IMG/VR virus record: IMGVR_UViG_3300033571_011534
Location: 1 to 64,000 of that record
Direction: 5' to 3' (one strand)
From: a virus
DNA length: 64,000 bases
In this document: positions 47,569-57,326 of the stretch, piece by piece
Numbering within the stretch: the stretch's first letter is position 1
Layout: every line of letters starts with the position of its first letter
Notes under the pieces: model-generated
The model's database searches: none
Told to the model about the DNA's origin: nothing
What the model saw: the letters and a program-made list of their open reading frames with translations, nothing else
Position numbers and translations under genes: made by a program

Positions 47569-48150
47569 TTATTTGATACCGTCGGAGTTTAGGCTATCCC
47601 TAATCTTATGAGCTTCATCAAAGATAGGATCGTCCTGGAGATATCTCATGTGCGAATAGTCTAGGTCTTCATCTATAAACCTAAAGAAAGCCATGGTTAT
47701 AAACTCTCCCTCTTTGAAGGTCTTATGTGGTCTCCAATGAGGATACTCATTTGGGTTAAATATGATAGCTTCGTTGTCTTCCATCTCAAAGACTTCCTTG
47801 TCTACCGCCAGACCCCATGTCGTATTGGACTTGTATTGGTAGTCAATAATTAATCCATTATTGTCCCCATCAAAGTGTGGTGGGAGATTTGGCTGTCCAT
47901 ATTTTGCATCATAGTCGACAAACATAACTCCTATTTGTGGAAGCTTCCTGCCAACAAGTTTTTCGACTCTCTCTTGAATACCCTCTAAAGTGGGCATCGG
48001 CAGTCTTGCCACATACATGAGTCTTCCAAGGACTGGGTCGTGTTTCTTTTCTGATCTATACATCCACTCATCCTCATCAGTAAGGATGTGCTCGATTACT
48101 TCTAGCTCTTCTGGGAGGAGAAAGTTTTTGACCCTGTACACATTGTCCAT
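47569..48150 (-). CDS. 2OG-Fe(II) oxygenase-like protein
   Basis: LPPHFD...HWR; leaderless. Confidence 0.7.
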   Translation of the reverse strand: MDNVYRVKNFLLPEELEVIEHILTDEDEWMYRSEKKHDPVLGRLMYVARLPMPTLEGIQERVEKLVGRKLPQIGVMFVDYDAKYGQPNLPPHFDGDNNGLIIDYQYKSNTTWGLAVDKEVFEMEDNEAIIFNPNEYPHWRPHKTFKEGEFITMAFFRFIDEDLDYSHMRYLQDDPIFDEAHKIRDSLNSDGIK

Positions 48151-48182
48151 ATGTTAAATTATACCATTTCTGGACAAGCTCA

Positions 48183-48512
48183 TTAAATATCGTCGTCGAC
48201 TGTATTGTTTAGCTCTATAGGCTTAAGTAGATCCATAGCATGCTTGTACTGGATTGCCTTGTTACCCTGCCCCATGTTAATGGCAGACTCAAACATCATG
48301 TTCAGGACATATTGGATACGAACCTGCTCTGCTTCGATACCAGACTGATACCCATTGCTATACCCTAGCTCATAGTTATAGTCAGCCTCAGAGCTATTCT
48401 CAGATTCAGATTCTTCATATCCAATATCGTAGCCAAGCTCATATCCGTGCTCTTGTCCAGCGTCAAAGATTTCTTTTTCTTCGTCTGTTAGCTCATCGTA
48501 GTTCACTGCCAA
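48183..48512 (-). CDS. Acidic protein with GY(E/D) repeats
   Basis: ORF track. Confidence 0.6.
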   Translation of the reverse strand: MAVNYDELTDEEKEIFDAGQEHGYELGYDIGYEESESENSSEADYNYELGYSNGYQSGIEAEQVRIQYVLNMMFESAINMGQGNKAIQYKHAMDLLKPIELNNTVDDDI

Positions 48513-48723
48513 CCTCCAAGGTTTCCTTTAGGTGTGAAAAGATTGTCTCCTGGTAAATGGGTGTCCTTGTCCTACGAGACTGTTCCTCTAGTTTGTTTAT
48601 TTCATTAAGAACCCTAAGCCTCTCATCCAACCTTGCCTTTTCAACAAAGTCATTGATAGCCTTAACATCTGACTTAGAGGTGCTTGGGTCTAGCACCAAC
48701 ATTCCATGCTCGTACTTAATCAT
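48493..48723 (-). CDS. Hypothetical protein
   Basis: ORF track, overlapping operon. Confidence 0.55.
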   Translation of the reverse strand: MIKYEHGMLVLDPSTSKSDVKAINDFVEKARLDERLRVLNEINKLEEQSRRTRTPIYQETIFSHLKETLEVGSELR

Positions 48724-48973
48724 TACGCCAAATCTCCACTCCTACGAAAAGGTTAAGAATCTCAAAACTAATGGACCTGTCATAGAAGTTGATTGCAGCT
48801 GCGATACCCCAGTGATCTGTCCTGCCAGCATAGAAGCCTATCGTATCGAAAAGGACTATGCTACGACTAAATCCAAAGGTATTGCTATCAATCCTAATCC
48901 ACTTACGCCTACCTGCCTTTTGCAGGTCTTTGTCTGTATAACCCTCTGCGTGAAGGCTTGCCATCTTAGCCAT
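48716..48973 (-). CDS. Hypothetical protein
   Basis: ORF track. Confidence 0.55.
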   Translation of the reverse strand: MAKMASLHAEGYTDKDLQKAGRRKWIRIDSNTFGFSRSIVLFDTIGFYAGRTDHWGIAAAINFYDRSISFEILNLFVGVEIWRND

Positions 48974-49175
48974 TAGATTGCTCCCAGTCTCCCTTGTATG
49001 TGTAGTTCACTCCTAGCTTAGGTAGGTAAACACAAATCTCGTCAGGCTCCAAATACCTTGTGTGCTTGTCAGATGTAATATGAAACATCCAGGTGCCTTC
49101 TGCTACCTCTGTCTCTACATCCATGTCGCTCATTAGATTAATAAACGTGTCACGCTTAGCTGTTACGAACATCAT
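48966..49175 (-). CDS. Hypothetical protein
   Basis: ORF track; TTGACA..TAAAAT promoter upstream. Confidence 0.55.
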   Translation of the reverse strand: MMFVTAKRDTFINLMSDMDVETEVAEGTWMFHITSDKHTRYLEPDEICVYLPKLGVNYTYKGDWEQSNG

Positions 49176-49326
49176 ACCCTTTGCTCTCAGTAGTACTATT
49201 TTATAGTATTACGAAGACATTGTCAATACCCCAGGATGCTAGAGGCTATTGCTATGTAATAGCATACTAATCTCTATAATCCGCCGAACTTTTTGCCGCC
49301 GAACTTAATGCTATAATGTATAAGAT

Positions 49327-49515
49327 ATGACAAGACCACAACATGAATTCGAAGAGCTCGAATCCGCAGTAACCCTTACAGTTTATACAAAGTCTCCAAA
49401 CAAGTGGCTACTGATCGACAGGGAGACTGGTGTTGCCTACCAAGGCTCTGAACATGGACGATGGGATAAGCTTATTCCCAAGATTAAAGAGTCCTCTGAA
49501 AAACCAGGCATATAA
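49327..49515 (+). CDS. Hypothetical protein
   Basis: TKSPNKWLLIDRETG; TGCTATAAT upstream. Confidence 0.6.
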   Translation: MTRPQHEFEELESAVTLTVYTKSPNKWLLIDRETGVAYQGSEHGRWDKLIPKIKESSEKPGI

Positions 49516-49801
49516 TAGTTTTATGATTTCTGGTACCTGTAACTCTTGTGGAAAGATAGCCACTGAGCCTGTACGACTTCCTCCAAAAGGAATCGTCCCT
49601 AGGACTCCACAGAAATGTTACGATTGCTCAAAAAAGAACTAATCTTTATTTAGCACTTCATTATCAAGCTCTATTTGCAGAAACCTTATATCCATCTCAA
49701 GAGTCTCAATAGCTTCTGCGTTCATCATAAGACCCATCTCGATAGCGTCTAAGGCCTTTTTAATGCTGGACAACTCTTTGGCGAAGTCTTCCATTCTGAT
49801 A

Positions 49802-50164
49802 CTAAATATCTTCTTTTTCTAGCCAGGCTACTAGCTCTGGATTGTCACGCAAGAACATTAGCATTGCATTTTCGTAAACACCAATAAAGAAATGCTCCCA
49901 CTCCTCAAAGTCTGCCTCTGGCTTTGGGAGGCCGTTCTCAAAGACCATCCTCATTGCATGTAGGATTTCGTGCAGTAGCGTTACCTGCTGCTTGCTACGA
50001 CTAAGGGCACTGGAAACGACAATAAGGTTTCCAAGATCAAGAGTGTACCCATTTGTACCATCATTAAGCATGCCGTCATCTTTTGGGTCACGGAACACAA
50101 TATTAAAAACTTGGCTTCCAACCTTTACCTTTTCTGGATAAGCCTCTACCTTAGTCGACTTCAT
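49802..50164 (-). CDS. HExxH metallopeptidase-like phage protein
   Basis: TLLHEILHA. Confidence 0.6.
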   Translation of the reverse strand: MKSTKVEAYPEKVKVGSQVFNIVFRDPKDDGMLNDGTNGYTLDLGNLIVVSSALSRSKQQVTLLHEILHAMRMVFENGLPKPEADFEEWEHFFIGVYENAMLMFLRDNPELVAWLEKEDI

Positions 50165-50348
50165 TCTTAGATCTCCTCAACCTCAGATATTTCTCTAATG
50201 CTGATGGCACGTTGAACTCCTGCAATATACCCATCTTGCCAGGCAGTTAGGGCTGACTCTGTTGTGTCTCTCCCAACGCTTGCCATCCATTTTTGCATGT
50301 CTAGCGGAGCAAACTTAACTATTTCAGATTCGATGTCCAACTGGTCTC

Positions 50349-50843
50349 CTATGATATTAGTGGTTCTTTGTTTACGTGTGTTACCCAGAAGTAACTACAA
50401 GTGCTGCAGCATGGTTTGTTGTCCTTGCTGACAGTGGCAATCTTAAAGGAATAGTAATACTCTGGATCCTTCTTGTAAAGATTAGCTTTATGCGTAGTTA
50501 TGATTCTATCACTAAACTCTGGGTTTTGCAACCACTCTGGAAACTGGCTTCCCCACAGGAACTTCTTTGAAGACCTAAGATTTGCTAGATTTTCCTCATT
50601 CTTATCTGTCTTGATACCACGCTTTTTTGCCTCCTGGACCATGGCTTTTGCATAGGTAAACAGGACGTGCTCTGAGCCTCGCCACATCTTGACAGCTGGA
50701 TGATTGCGCCAGCCAGCTTTTGGATCATCGCTTGAAAGGACCTTTAGTATTTGATAAGTTTCTAGTATTTGCTTGTTTAGTCTTTTTGAGTCTAGCGTCT
50801 GCGCTATATCTTTAAAGTTTTTTGATGTAAGGAAAGTCTGCAA
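50349..50843 (-). CDS. Pyrimidine-dimer DNA glycosylase/endonuclease V-like (MSMEG_6728-like)
   Basis: MQTFL...LDSKRLNKQILE.YQIL...WRNHPAVKMWRG...THKANL..KDPEYY. Confidence 0.85.
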   Translation of the reverse strand: MQTFLTSKNFKDIAQTLDSKRLNKQILETYQILKVLSSDDPKAGWRNHPAVKMWRGSEHVLFTYAKAMVQEAKKRGIKTDKNEENLANLRSSKKFLWGSQFPEWLQNPEFSDRIITTHKANLYKKDPEYYYSFKIATVSKDNKPCCSTCSYFWVTHVNKEPLIS

Positions 50844-50982
50844 TGTTGCCTTCTTCTGTAGAGAGTTTTCTTATGTACCCATTATAGCTTATAACCAAAT
50901 GCCTGTCAAGAATATCTTATTAAATAAACTAATTACTCATTATTGACAAAAAGGATTATCTTTGATATAATTATGTAGAGGA

Positions 50983-51258
50983 GTGCTATTGTCAGAAACA
51001 CCTTTTAACACTAAAACAGAGATACTGGCAGATTTATGGATGAACCATAGAGATGCCGATATTTTTATAGACTTTGTCGAATACAACGATCTTGGCTTGC
51101 CTATAGCTTATCTGGCAGCCAACGAAGTAATAGAAGTAAACAAGGTGATCGCTGGCTTTATTGAAGAAACGTTTACCCTTTTGCTAGCTCTACTAGAGGT
51201 TGAAGATACAGGGTTTAGTTCTTTGTCTGATTTAATTTCTCCAGACATCTATGATTAA
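50983..51258 (+). CDS. Hypothetical acidic protein (paralog of 46370-46660)
   Basis: KTEILADLW...NDLGLPIAY; TTGACA-TATAAT promoter. Confidence 0.7.
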   Translation: MLLSETPFNTKTEILADLWMNHRDADIFIDFVEYNDLGLPIAYLAANEVIEVNKVIAGFIEETFTLLLALLEVEDTGFSSLSDLISPDIYD

Positions 51259-51362
51259 TCGCTATTGTTTGGTATAATTGTTATACCCCAGCTGGCTTGG
51301 GAACGGGAAATGAATGGGCCAGCTGGGGCTATATTTATAACAACAACTAGGAGAATCCCCCA

Positions 51363-51584
51363 ATGACAACCGTATACGTAAAGCCATCTTGTGTCCAGTG
51401 CGATGCAACAAAAAGACTTATGGATCGATTAGGCGTTCAATATGACACCGTAGACATCACAAAAGACCCAGATGCACTAGAAAAGATTTTAAGCATGGGA
51501 TTCAAATCTGCACCAGTTGTTATCACAGACAACGATGCCTGGTCTGGCTTTAATCCAGACAAGGTGGGGCAGCTAGCGGCATAG
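51363..51584 (+). CDS. nrdH: NrdH-like glutaredoxin
   Basis: TVYVKPSCVQC..TK...APVV...WSGFNPD. Confidence 0.9.
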   Translation: MTTVYVKPSCVQCDATKRLMDRLGVQYDTVDITKDPDALEKILSMGFKSAPVVITDNDAWSGFNPDKVGQLAA

Positions 51585-51610
51585 TTGCCCCAGTCGTGTA
51601 TAATATAACC

Positions 51611-52279
51611 ATGAGGCACGAACTACAAAACCTGACTAAACAGAATTTTATTGATTTTGGATACTCGGTAGAAGAAATAGATACCGAAATATTTTTAATT
51701 AAAGACTTTTTGACAGATGAAGAAGCTAAAGCGTTTTTAGATATAGCAAACTCTGCTAGTGAGGATGAATGGTCTGTTTCTTATATAGAGGGGCTAAAGT
51801 CTTTCGCTAGAGCAAAGTTTGGATACGACGACTTAGATGAACTGGTTGCCAGCGGCAAGCTTGAGATTACCGATAGATGGAGAGACAAGAACCTTACTTT
51901 ACACGACAAGAGTCTTCTTGACCCAATAAACGAAAGACTTTCAAGGGTTATAAAGCATATTCCTGAGCTTTTGTATAATGGTATCGATGCTATACAGAGG
52001 CAGTATGAAGGCGCAGATCTTGTGGTCCATGTTGATAATCAAACAGACCCCTCCCTTGTTTATGCCGCAATTATCTATCTAAATGACGACTATACAGATG
52101 GTGAGCTTATATTTCCAGAGCGTGGCATTGAAGTAAAGCCACCAGCAAAGACTTTGGCGATATTCCCCACTCACGAAGAATATCTTCATGGAACTAACGC
52201 TCCTGGGCCTGGTCCCGTAAGGTATGTCTTGCCCTCGTTTATTGGCGTAAAAGGCTTTTACGAGAACAATAAATACTAA
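51611..52279 (+). CDS. 2OG-Fe(II) oxygenase
   Basis: HVD...YLNDDYTDGEL...HG...RY; leaderless start. Confidence 0.9.
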   Translation: MRHELQNLTKQNFIDFGYSVEEIDTEIFLIKDFLTDEEAKAFLDIANSASEDEWSVSYIEGLKSFARAKFGYDDLDELVASGKLEITDRWRDKNLTLHDKSLLDPINERLSRVIKHIPELLYNGIDAIQRQYEGADLVVHVDNQTDPSLVYAAIIYLNDDYTDGELIFPERGIEVKPPAKTLAIFPTHEEYLHGTNAPGPGPVRYVLPSFIGVKGFYENNKY

Positions 52280-52300
52280 AGCATGTTAAAATAGATTATT

Positions 52301-52900
52301 ATGAGCATAAACGCATGGGGAAGAATAAGTCCTAGAAGAAGGCAAAAGATGCAAGAAATTGCAGACAGAAGCGACCCTACAAAAATCACCAAAGAAAAGA
52401 TTGAGGATCAAAAGCGTAAGCGCTATGAGTTGCAAGAATCAAAACGTGCACCTAAGATCCAGGTAGACCAAAAGATAATTCTTTGGACATGGCTTATTGG
52501 TATTGCTGTTGCCTTTATATCATCTGCTGTAGTTTCTTTTAATGGTATTACTTCTGTAGCCACTTTCGTAGGTCTTTCTCAAGCCTGGATGGCTGGACTA
52601 TTTTTCTTTTTCATTGAGCTAATGTACCTTTTGTTTTTGGTAGCGTACCTTGTCCTTGCCTCAAGACTGGATGAGGATGGCAACCCAGAAAAAACTGGCG
52701 GAGCTTTAATTGGAATGATTTCCTTTGGTGGAATCGCTGTTTTGGCTAATGCGTTCCACACATTTGACTTCTGGGACTGGGCCTGGGTAGAGCCACGCAT
52801 GTGGGCTGGAGTAATTCTTAGCATTGCTGCACCAATAGCAATTATTAGTGCTTCCAAGATGGCGTCCAGAGTTGTTTTTGCAAAAGCAATTAAGCTCTAG
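52301..52900 (+). CDS. Membrane protein (4 TM)
   Basis: Four hydrophobic segments. Confidence 0.7.
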   Translation: MSINAWGRISPRRRQKMQEIADRSDPTKITKEKIEDQKRKRYELQESKRAPKIQVDQKIILWTWLIGIAVAFISSAVVSFNGITSVATFVGLSQAWMAGLFFFFIELMYLLFLVAYLVLASRLDEDGNPEKTGGALIGMISFGGIAVLANAFHTFDFWDWAWVEPRMWAGVILSIAAPIAIISASKMASRVVFAKAIKL

Positions 52901-53586
52901 GCTTCTAGATAACTCTTTTCGCTAAATAATTTTTTTAAAATATTTTCCTTAACAGTCCGAAAAGACGAATCTGATGTTGATAAAAACTCAGAATCTTCTA
53001 CTAGATAGTTATAACTTTTAAACTGCATATTGCTTTCTGAGTAAACCTTGACATCTGACATTTGGCTGCCACCAACAGAGAACATGTTTCCATATACAGA
53101 TCTCCATAACAGATTACTATGTTTCATTGCCCTTGAAAGCTTTTGCTTTTCTACTGTAAATGGAATATGAAGCTCATACGAAAGTGGTTCTGAAAACCCC
53201 ATACGGAATAGCTGCTCATGTGTATCCTTAATTTTTTTAGTATAAACATAGCCAGAAGAAGCCTTTTGATAGCTTATATATTTCTTAAATAGGCTACCTT
53301 CATGAGCATACTCAAAGCTGTCTACTTTTTTCATAACGTAAAAGTCATCGTTCATAACTACAAACTTGTCATCTATAATTGGTGATTCTATAGCAGTTAT
53401 TAGGTTTTTGTGAACATTGTCATATTTCCTTTGATCCTGGCTTACCAGAATAGATTCCCCCAGATACCATGCTGGCTTGGCCCCTACAAGAATAATCTTT
53501 GGACTATCTACATTTTTTATTAATGACCTTATGGAGTACTTAAGCTCTTCGTCAGAATCTGGCCCACACAAATAAACAAACTGCAT
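52897..53586 (-). CDS. Stealth-like/glycosyl-phosphotransferase-like protein
   Basis: EELKYSIRSL...PAW...FVVMNDDFY. Confidence 0.6.
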   Translation of the reverse strand: MQFVYLCGPDSDEELKYSIRSLIKNVDSPKIILVGAKPAWYLGESILVSQDQRKYDNVHKNLITAIESPIIDDKFVVMNDDFYVMKKVDSFEYAHEGSLFKKYISYQKASSGYVYTKKIKDTHEQLFRMGFSEPLSYELHIPFTVEKQKLSRAMKHSNLLWRSVYGNMFSVGGSQMSDVKVYSESNMQFKSYNYLVEDSEFLSTSDSSFRTVKENILKKLFSEKSYLEA

Positions 53587-54261
53587 TTAAACTCTTTTAT
53601 CTTTAAAATCTACAAGGTCTTTATAGTGTTGGTTTTCTGGTCTATCTCCACGATATGTTGGGTCATTAAATGTAGAGTGTGCTGATCCCGCCACATATCC
53701 AAACAGCTTTCCATATTTTTCAAAATACATTCGATGAAACATAGTGTCTTCTGGCCCCCACCCCTTTATCTTTTCCTCAAATCCACCTATCTCTTTAAAG
53801 ATATGAACAGGCACAACAATTGCACCGCTGCATGGCCACAGCCTTCTTGGAAGAGAGTCGGAGTATGAAAGTGTGGGAGGGGAAAACTCTTTTCCAAGTT
53901 TCATGTTGTAGTTAAGTCTTTTTAAAAAGATAATTGTTTCTTTCATATCCTTATGCTGAAAGTATCTATTATAAGGAGCAGCAATTTCGTTATTCTTAAC
54001 TGAATAATTAATTGCTTTTCTTAATGCCAGCGGGTCTACAAAGAAATCTGCATCGTTAAATATTACTAAATCACATCCAGAATCAATAGCCTTTTGTGCC
54101 CCCAGGTTTCTAGCCTGTGATAGGTTAAACTCTTCTTCAGTGCTGTCAGACACAATTATTTCAAAATCTGGAAAGTTTTTATTATAGCATTCTATAACCT
54201 TTTCAAAAGCTGGCACTCTGCTTGGGTGAGATCTCCAGGGAATGACTATAGAGATTTTCAT
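53587..54261 (-). CDS. GT-A glycosyltransferase (GT2/GT7-like)
   Basis: SIVIPWR, FNLSQARN, DAD, GGFEE..GWGPED. Confidence 0.85.
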   Translation of the reverse strand: MKISIVIPWRSHPSRVPAFEKVIECYNKNFPDFEIIVSDSTEEEFNLSQARNLGAQKAIDSGCDLVIFNDADFFVDPLALRKAINYSVKNNEIAAPYNRYFQHKDMKETIIFLKRLNYNMKLGKEFSPPTLSYSDSLPRRLWPCSGAIVVPVHIFKEIGGFEEKIKGWGPEDTMFHRMYFEKYGKLFGYVAGSAHSTFNDPTYRGDRPENQHYKDLVDFKDKRV

Positions 54262-54989
54262 ATATTGCCGAACTTTCTTAAGAAGTGCTCTATTGCAGAA
54301 CCACTTGGAGGCTTTTGATTAGTATCAAAGTTTTTCATTCTCAATGCCCCAGTAAAAAATGTTGCGCAATATGCGCCATCACACATTCTAATTATTTCTT
54401 CTTTCTTGTCTGGATTCCAGAAGTCTTCTGATTTACTCCAGTGATCTAAGACATTGACCAGGCTGGCTGGCTGTGCATACTTCATTAGATCAAATCTTTT
54501 AACAAGCTTTGTAATTAAAACTGGCCCAAGCTCTGCCCACTTAGCCTTTTTTTGAGCAAGCCTTATTTGTGGCAGTATGGTCTTTGCCATTTGATTAATC
54601 TGTTTTGTAAAGGCATGCGACTGTGGCATTTTAAGAATTCCTCCAGCTACAAGACTGTCTGATTCTTTTATAAAAACAAATGGGACATCTTCAAAGAAGT
54701 TGTTGTTCAGGCATAGTGTGTCTGCATCTACCCACATTAGTCCAGTTTTTTCAATCATATTATATCTAAAGTAATCAGAAAATGCTGCTAGCTGACCATG
54801 ATATGTAAAGATTTTATCAGATGGAACTATCTCTTCTGCATTTCTTTTAATGACGCCATCTGGGACCTCCATATCCATATCATAAACATAGAGAAATACT
54901 TCGTGTCCATGGTAAACAAAAGACTTTAAACAAAGCTTTTGAACTAATCCTAGTCCATCGCCAATCCACAAAGATCCTACGGTAGCCAT
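54258..54989 (-). CDS. Glycosyltransferase (GT32/alpha-1,4-GT-like)
   Basis: SLWIG, FSDYFRY, WVDAD, WAELGP. Confidence 0.8.
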   Translation of the reverse strand: MATVGSLWIGDGLGLVQKLCLKSFVYHGHEVFLYVYDMDMEVPDGVIKRNAEEIVPSDKIFTYHGQLAAFSDYFRYNMIEKTGLMWVDADTLCLNNNFFEDVPFVFIKESDSLVAGGILKMPQSHAFTKQINQMAKTILPQIRLAQKKAKWAELGPVLITKLVKRFDLMKYAQPASLVNVLDHWSKSEDFWNPDKKEEIIRMCDGAYCATFFTGALRMKNFDTNQKPPSGSAIEHFLRKFGNI

Positions 54990-55034
54990 GGCGTCCTGAC
55001 TGGCAATAAGAATATCATGATACAATTATACAGT

Positions 55035-55316
55035 ATGACAAGCTCTGCTAAGCAAAGAAAGCAACTACATGCCACACTGGAGGAGTTGCACCTCCACAAA
55101 GAAAAGCACGGCTGCGCTGACTGCAGAAATCATTACCCCCATTACGTATTAGAATTTGACCATAGGCCAGGAGAGACGAAGATAGACGTTGTCTATAGGG
55201 TTCTGCGCTCTTATGGACCAGCGGCTGCATGGGCAGAAGTAAGGAAGTGTGACGTAGTTTGCGCTAACTGTCACAAAATAAGGACATATGAAAGAGAGCA
55301 AGAAAGTGAGTCTTGA
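55035..55316 (+). CDS. HNH endonuclease-like protein
   Basis: CADC...LEFDH...KCDVVCANCHKIRT. Confidence 0.75.
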   Translation: MTSSAKQRKQLHATLEELHLHKEKHGCADCRNHYPHYVLEFDHRPGETKIDVVYRVLRSYGPAAAWAEVRKCDVVCANCHKIRTYEREQESES

Positions 55317-55460
55317 GGACGAGATAAAAGAAATACTATTTAATATTGGTAAAGACATCAAGGTTCACAAACTAATAAATGGCAACATGATATTAGAAAT
55401 TGATTACGAAAAGCATACCCAAGAAATAATTAATGCAATAAAAAACAATAAATCTAAAAA

Positions 55461-56456
55461 CTAAAAGATTTCTCTTATTGGTCTTGACTTTGTGTAATCC
55501 TTACCAAAGTCTGCAAACAGGGCCTTATCCTTCATTCTGTTTACTATGGCACGTGACCAGGCAAAGCCTGCGTTGCCACCCCATGCATCCCACATAATAC
55601 GACCATTAGATGGGTTGCTTGTGTTGTTAAAGTCTTTTCCACCCTTGCTTGCCTGCTCATGACGAGAGAAGAATGAGAACATGCGCCTAACAGTGCTTAG
55701 AGACATTGCTCTACCAGCCACGATATCTCTAGCACGGCCCCAGCCTACAGGGGTGCCTGCACCAGTTGCCTTGCCATCTTCTTTCCATTTCAATGCACGG
55801 CGAGCAGCTGCTTTCATTCCTGCATTTGGGGTAAAGGTTTCTGCCTTAGCCATCATTTCCATATCGTCATCTTCATACTCTTCCATGCTGATGTTTGGCA
55901 TATTAATTCTTTCGACATCTGACATTAGTGCACCAATTGTGTATGGTGTGTAGTAGTATACCCCGTCGTCTTCTTCTAGAATTCTAACAGCTACCGCTGG
56001 ATTTTCTGGAGTAGAGTTAACGGAGTAAGGATTTTCTGGCTCACCATATCTACCACCTTCACGCATAACGTGTTCTACTTGACCAACAATCATTCCTTCT
56101 GTGGTTCTTGCACTTACGAAGTCGCCTTCTGTGATTGCGGCATCTGCTTTAGATACTGGTACACAATTAGGAACCATTTTACCGCCCTTGCCTGGCTTCA
56201 TTCCTCTTTGAGTATAGCCTTCCCAGCAGGGATTTGATTTAGACACGGGCCATTCTTGTGGATTCTTAATTCCAATCCCGCCGTCATTGGTGATCATTTC
56301 TTTTTCATCAATATTTCCCTCAGATTGATTTATAGCGTAAATCTGAGCAGCTGCAGCGTCAGCAGTGTCGTGACACCCCATTACGGTGCCGTCGTCTTTT
56401 ACTGCAGGATATCCTGAACAGCCGTATGAGCCCTTGGCTCCAACATGATATGGCAT
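55461..56456 (-). CDS. Multi-domain hypothetical (head-associated-like) protein
   Basis: CWEGY..PNCVP; GWGRARDI...RMFSFFSRH...WDAWGG. Confidence 0.55.
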   Translation of the reverse strand: MPYHVGAKGSYGCSGYPAVKDDGTVMGCHDTADAAAAQIYAINQSEGNIDEKEMITNDGGIGIKNPQEWPVSKSNPCWEGYTQRGMKPGKGGKMVPNCVPVSKADAAITEGDFVSARTTEGMIVGQVEHVMREGGRYGEPENPYSVNSTPENPAVAVRILEEDDGVYYYTPYTIGALMSDVERINMPNISMEEYEDDDMEMMAKAETFTPNAGMKAAARRALKWKEDGKATGAGTPVGWGRARDIVAGRAMSLSTVRRMFSFFSRHEQASKGGKDFNNTSNPSNGRIMWDAWGGNAGFAWSRAIVNRMKDKALFADFGKDYTKSRPIREIF

Positions 56457-56471
56457 AGATTTATTATACCA

Positions 56472-57266
56472 CTATATGAACTTCTTGTTTTCTTTTAAGA
56501 ACCTAAATAGATTCGGCCTAATATCGTCCCAGGATGCTGTAAGCATGCCATAAAGGCCCTCTTGCTTAAAAGAATTGATTTCTTCAAGAAACTGCTCTGG
56601 GGTAAAGATTTGAGAGTCGCTAGTTCTGTTAACCATAGAATCAGGCGATACCCCATCCTCAGGAAAAACTATGACTGGATTTATCGAAACAAGGATGTTG
56701 TTATTGTTTATTGAAACCCGTTGCCGAACTTTCTCATAGGTGCCATCTTCTTTCCACTTTTTGTGAGTTATGTGCGGAATGATCATTTTGTAGCCATACT
56801 TTGAAGCAGCTTCTAAAACATACTCATTTGTTGTAGAGACATATACGTTCGGAATTTCAGTTTCTGGACTACTACAATTATTCTTTAGCCAGTCTATTGC
56901 GCCTAAGTATTCTATTAGATATTCAGATTTTTCTATTCTGGTTGACCAATCGTTAACTGGACCTACAAAACTGTTATACGGCTTTTCTAGTTCCTTTGGG
57001 TCTCCTGCTATTAAATTAATCTCTAACCTATTTCCAATCATTCCACAAATTGTTTTATGTATCATTGATAAGTATTGAGGAGAAATAGCGTAAGGCCTAA
57101 CGGCAACCATGTATCTAAAGTCGTCCTTTAGGCTATCGATATTACCAATCAAAGTTGTAAAATAGTCTGGAGAACGTGCGTTGTATAAGAACAAGCTTCC
57201 ATCAAAACCGCTTTCATAAATATCATCTATAAATCGATATTCTGATCCAAAATAATATATTTTCAT
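56472..57266 (-). CDS. Luciferase-like (LLM/SsuD-like) TIM-barrel protein
   Basis: YMVAVRPYAISP...RLEINLIAG resembles SsuD FLVALRP..SP...GR..FNLVTG. Confidence 0.55.
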   Translation of the reverse strand: MKIYYFGSEYRFIDDIYESGFDGSLFLYNARSPDYFTTLIGNIDSLKDDFRYMVAVRPYAISPQYLSMIHKTICGMIGNRLEINLIAGDPKELEKPYNSFVGPVNDWSTRIEKSEYLIEYLGAIDWLKNNCSSPETEIPNVYVSTTNEYVLEAASKYGYKMIIPHITHKKWKEDGTYEKVRQRVSINNNNILVSINPVIVFPEDGVSPDSMVNRTSDSQIFTPEQFLEEINSFKQEGLYGMLTASWDDIRPNLFRFLKENKKFI

Positions 57267-57326
57267 TTTTCCTTCTAGCTGGCAATTGCCTAAGCTTCAT
57301 AGCTGGAGCATTATTGTATTATAGCA

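Noticed and set aside
55035-55316. HNH gene as mobile intron/homing element
   Set aside because: Free-standing, no interrupted gene or intron structure evident.
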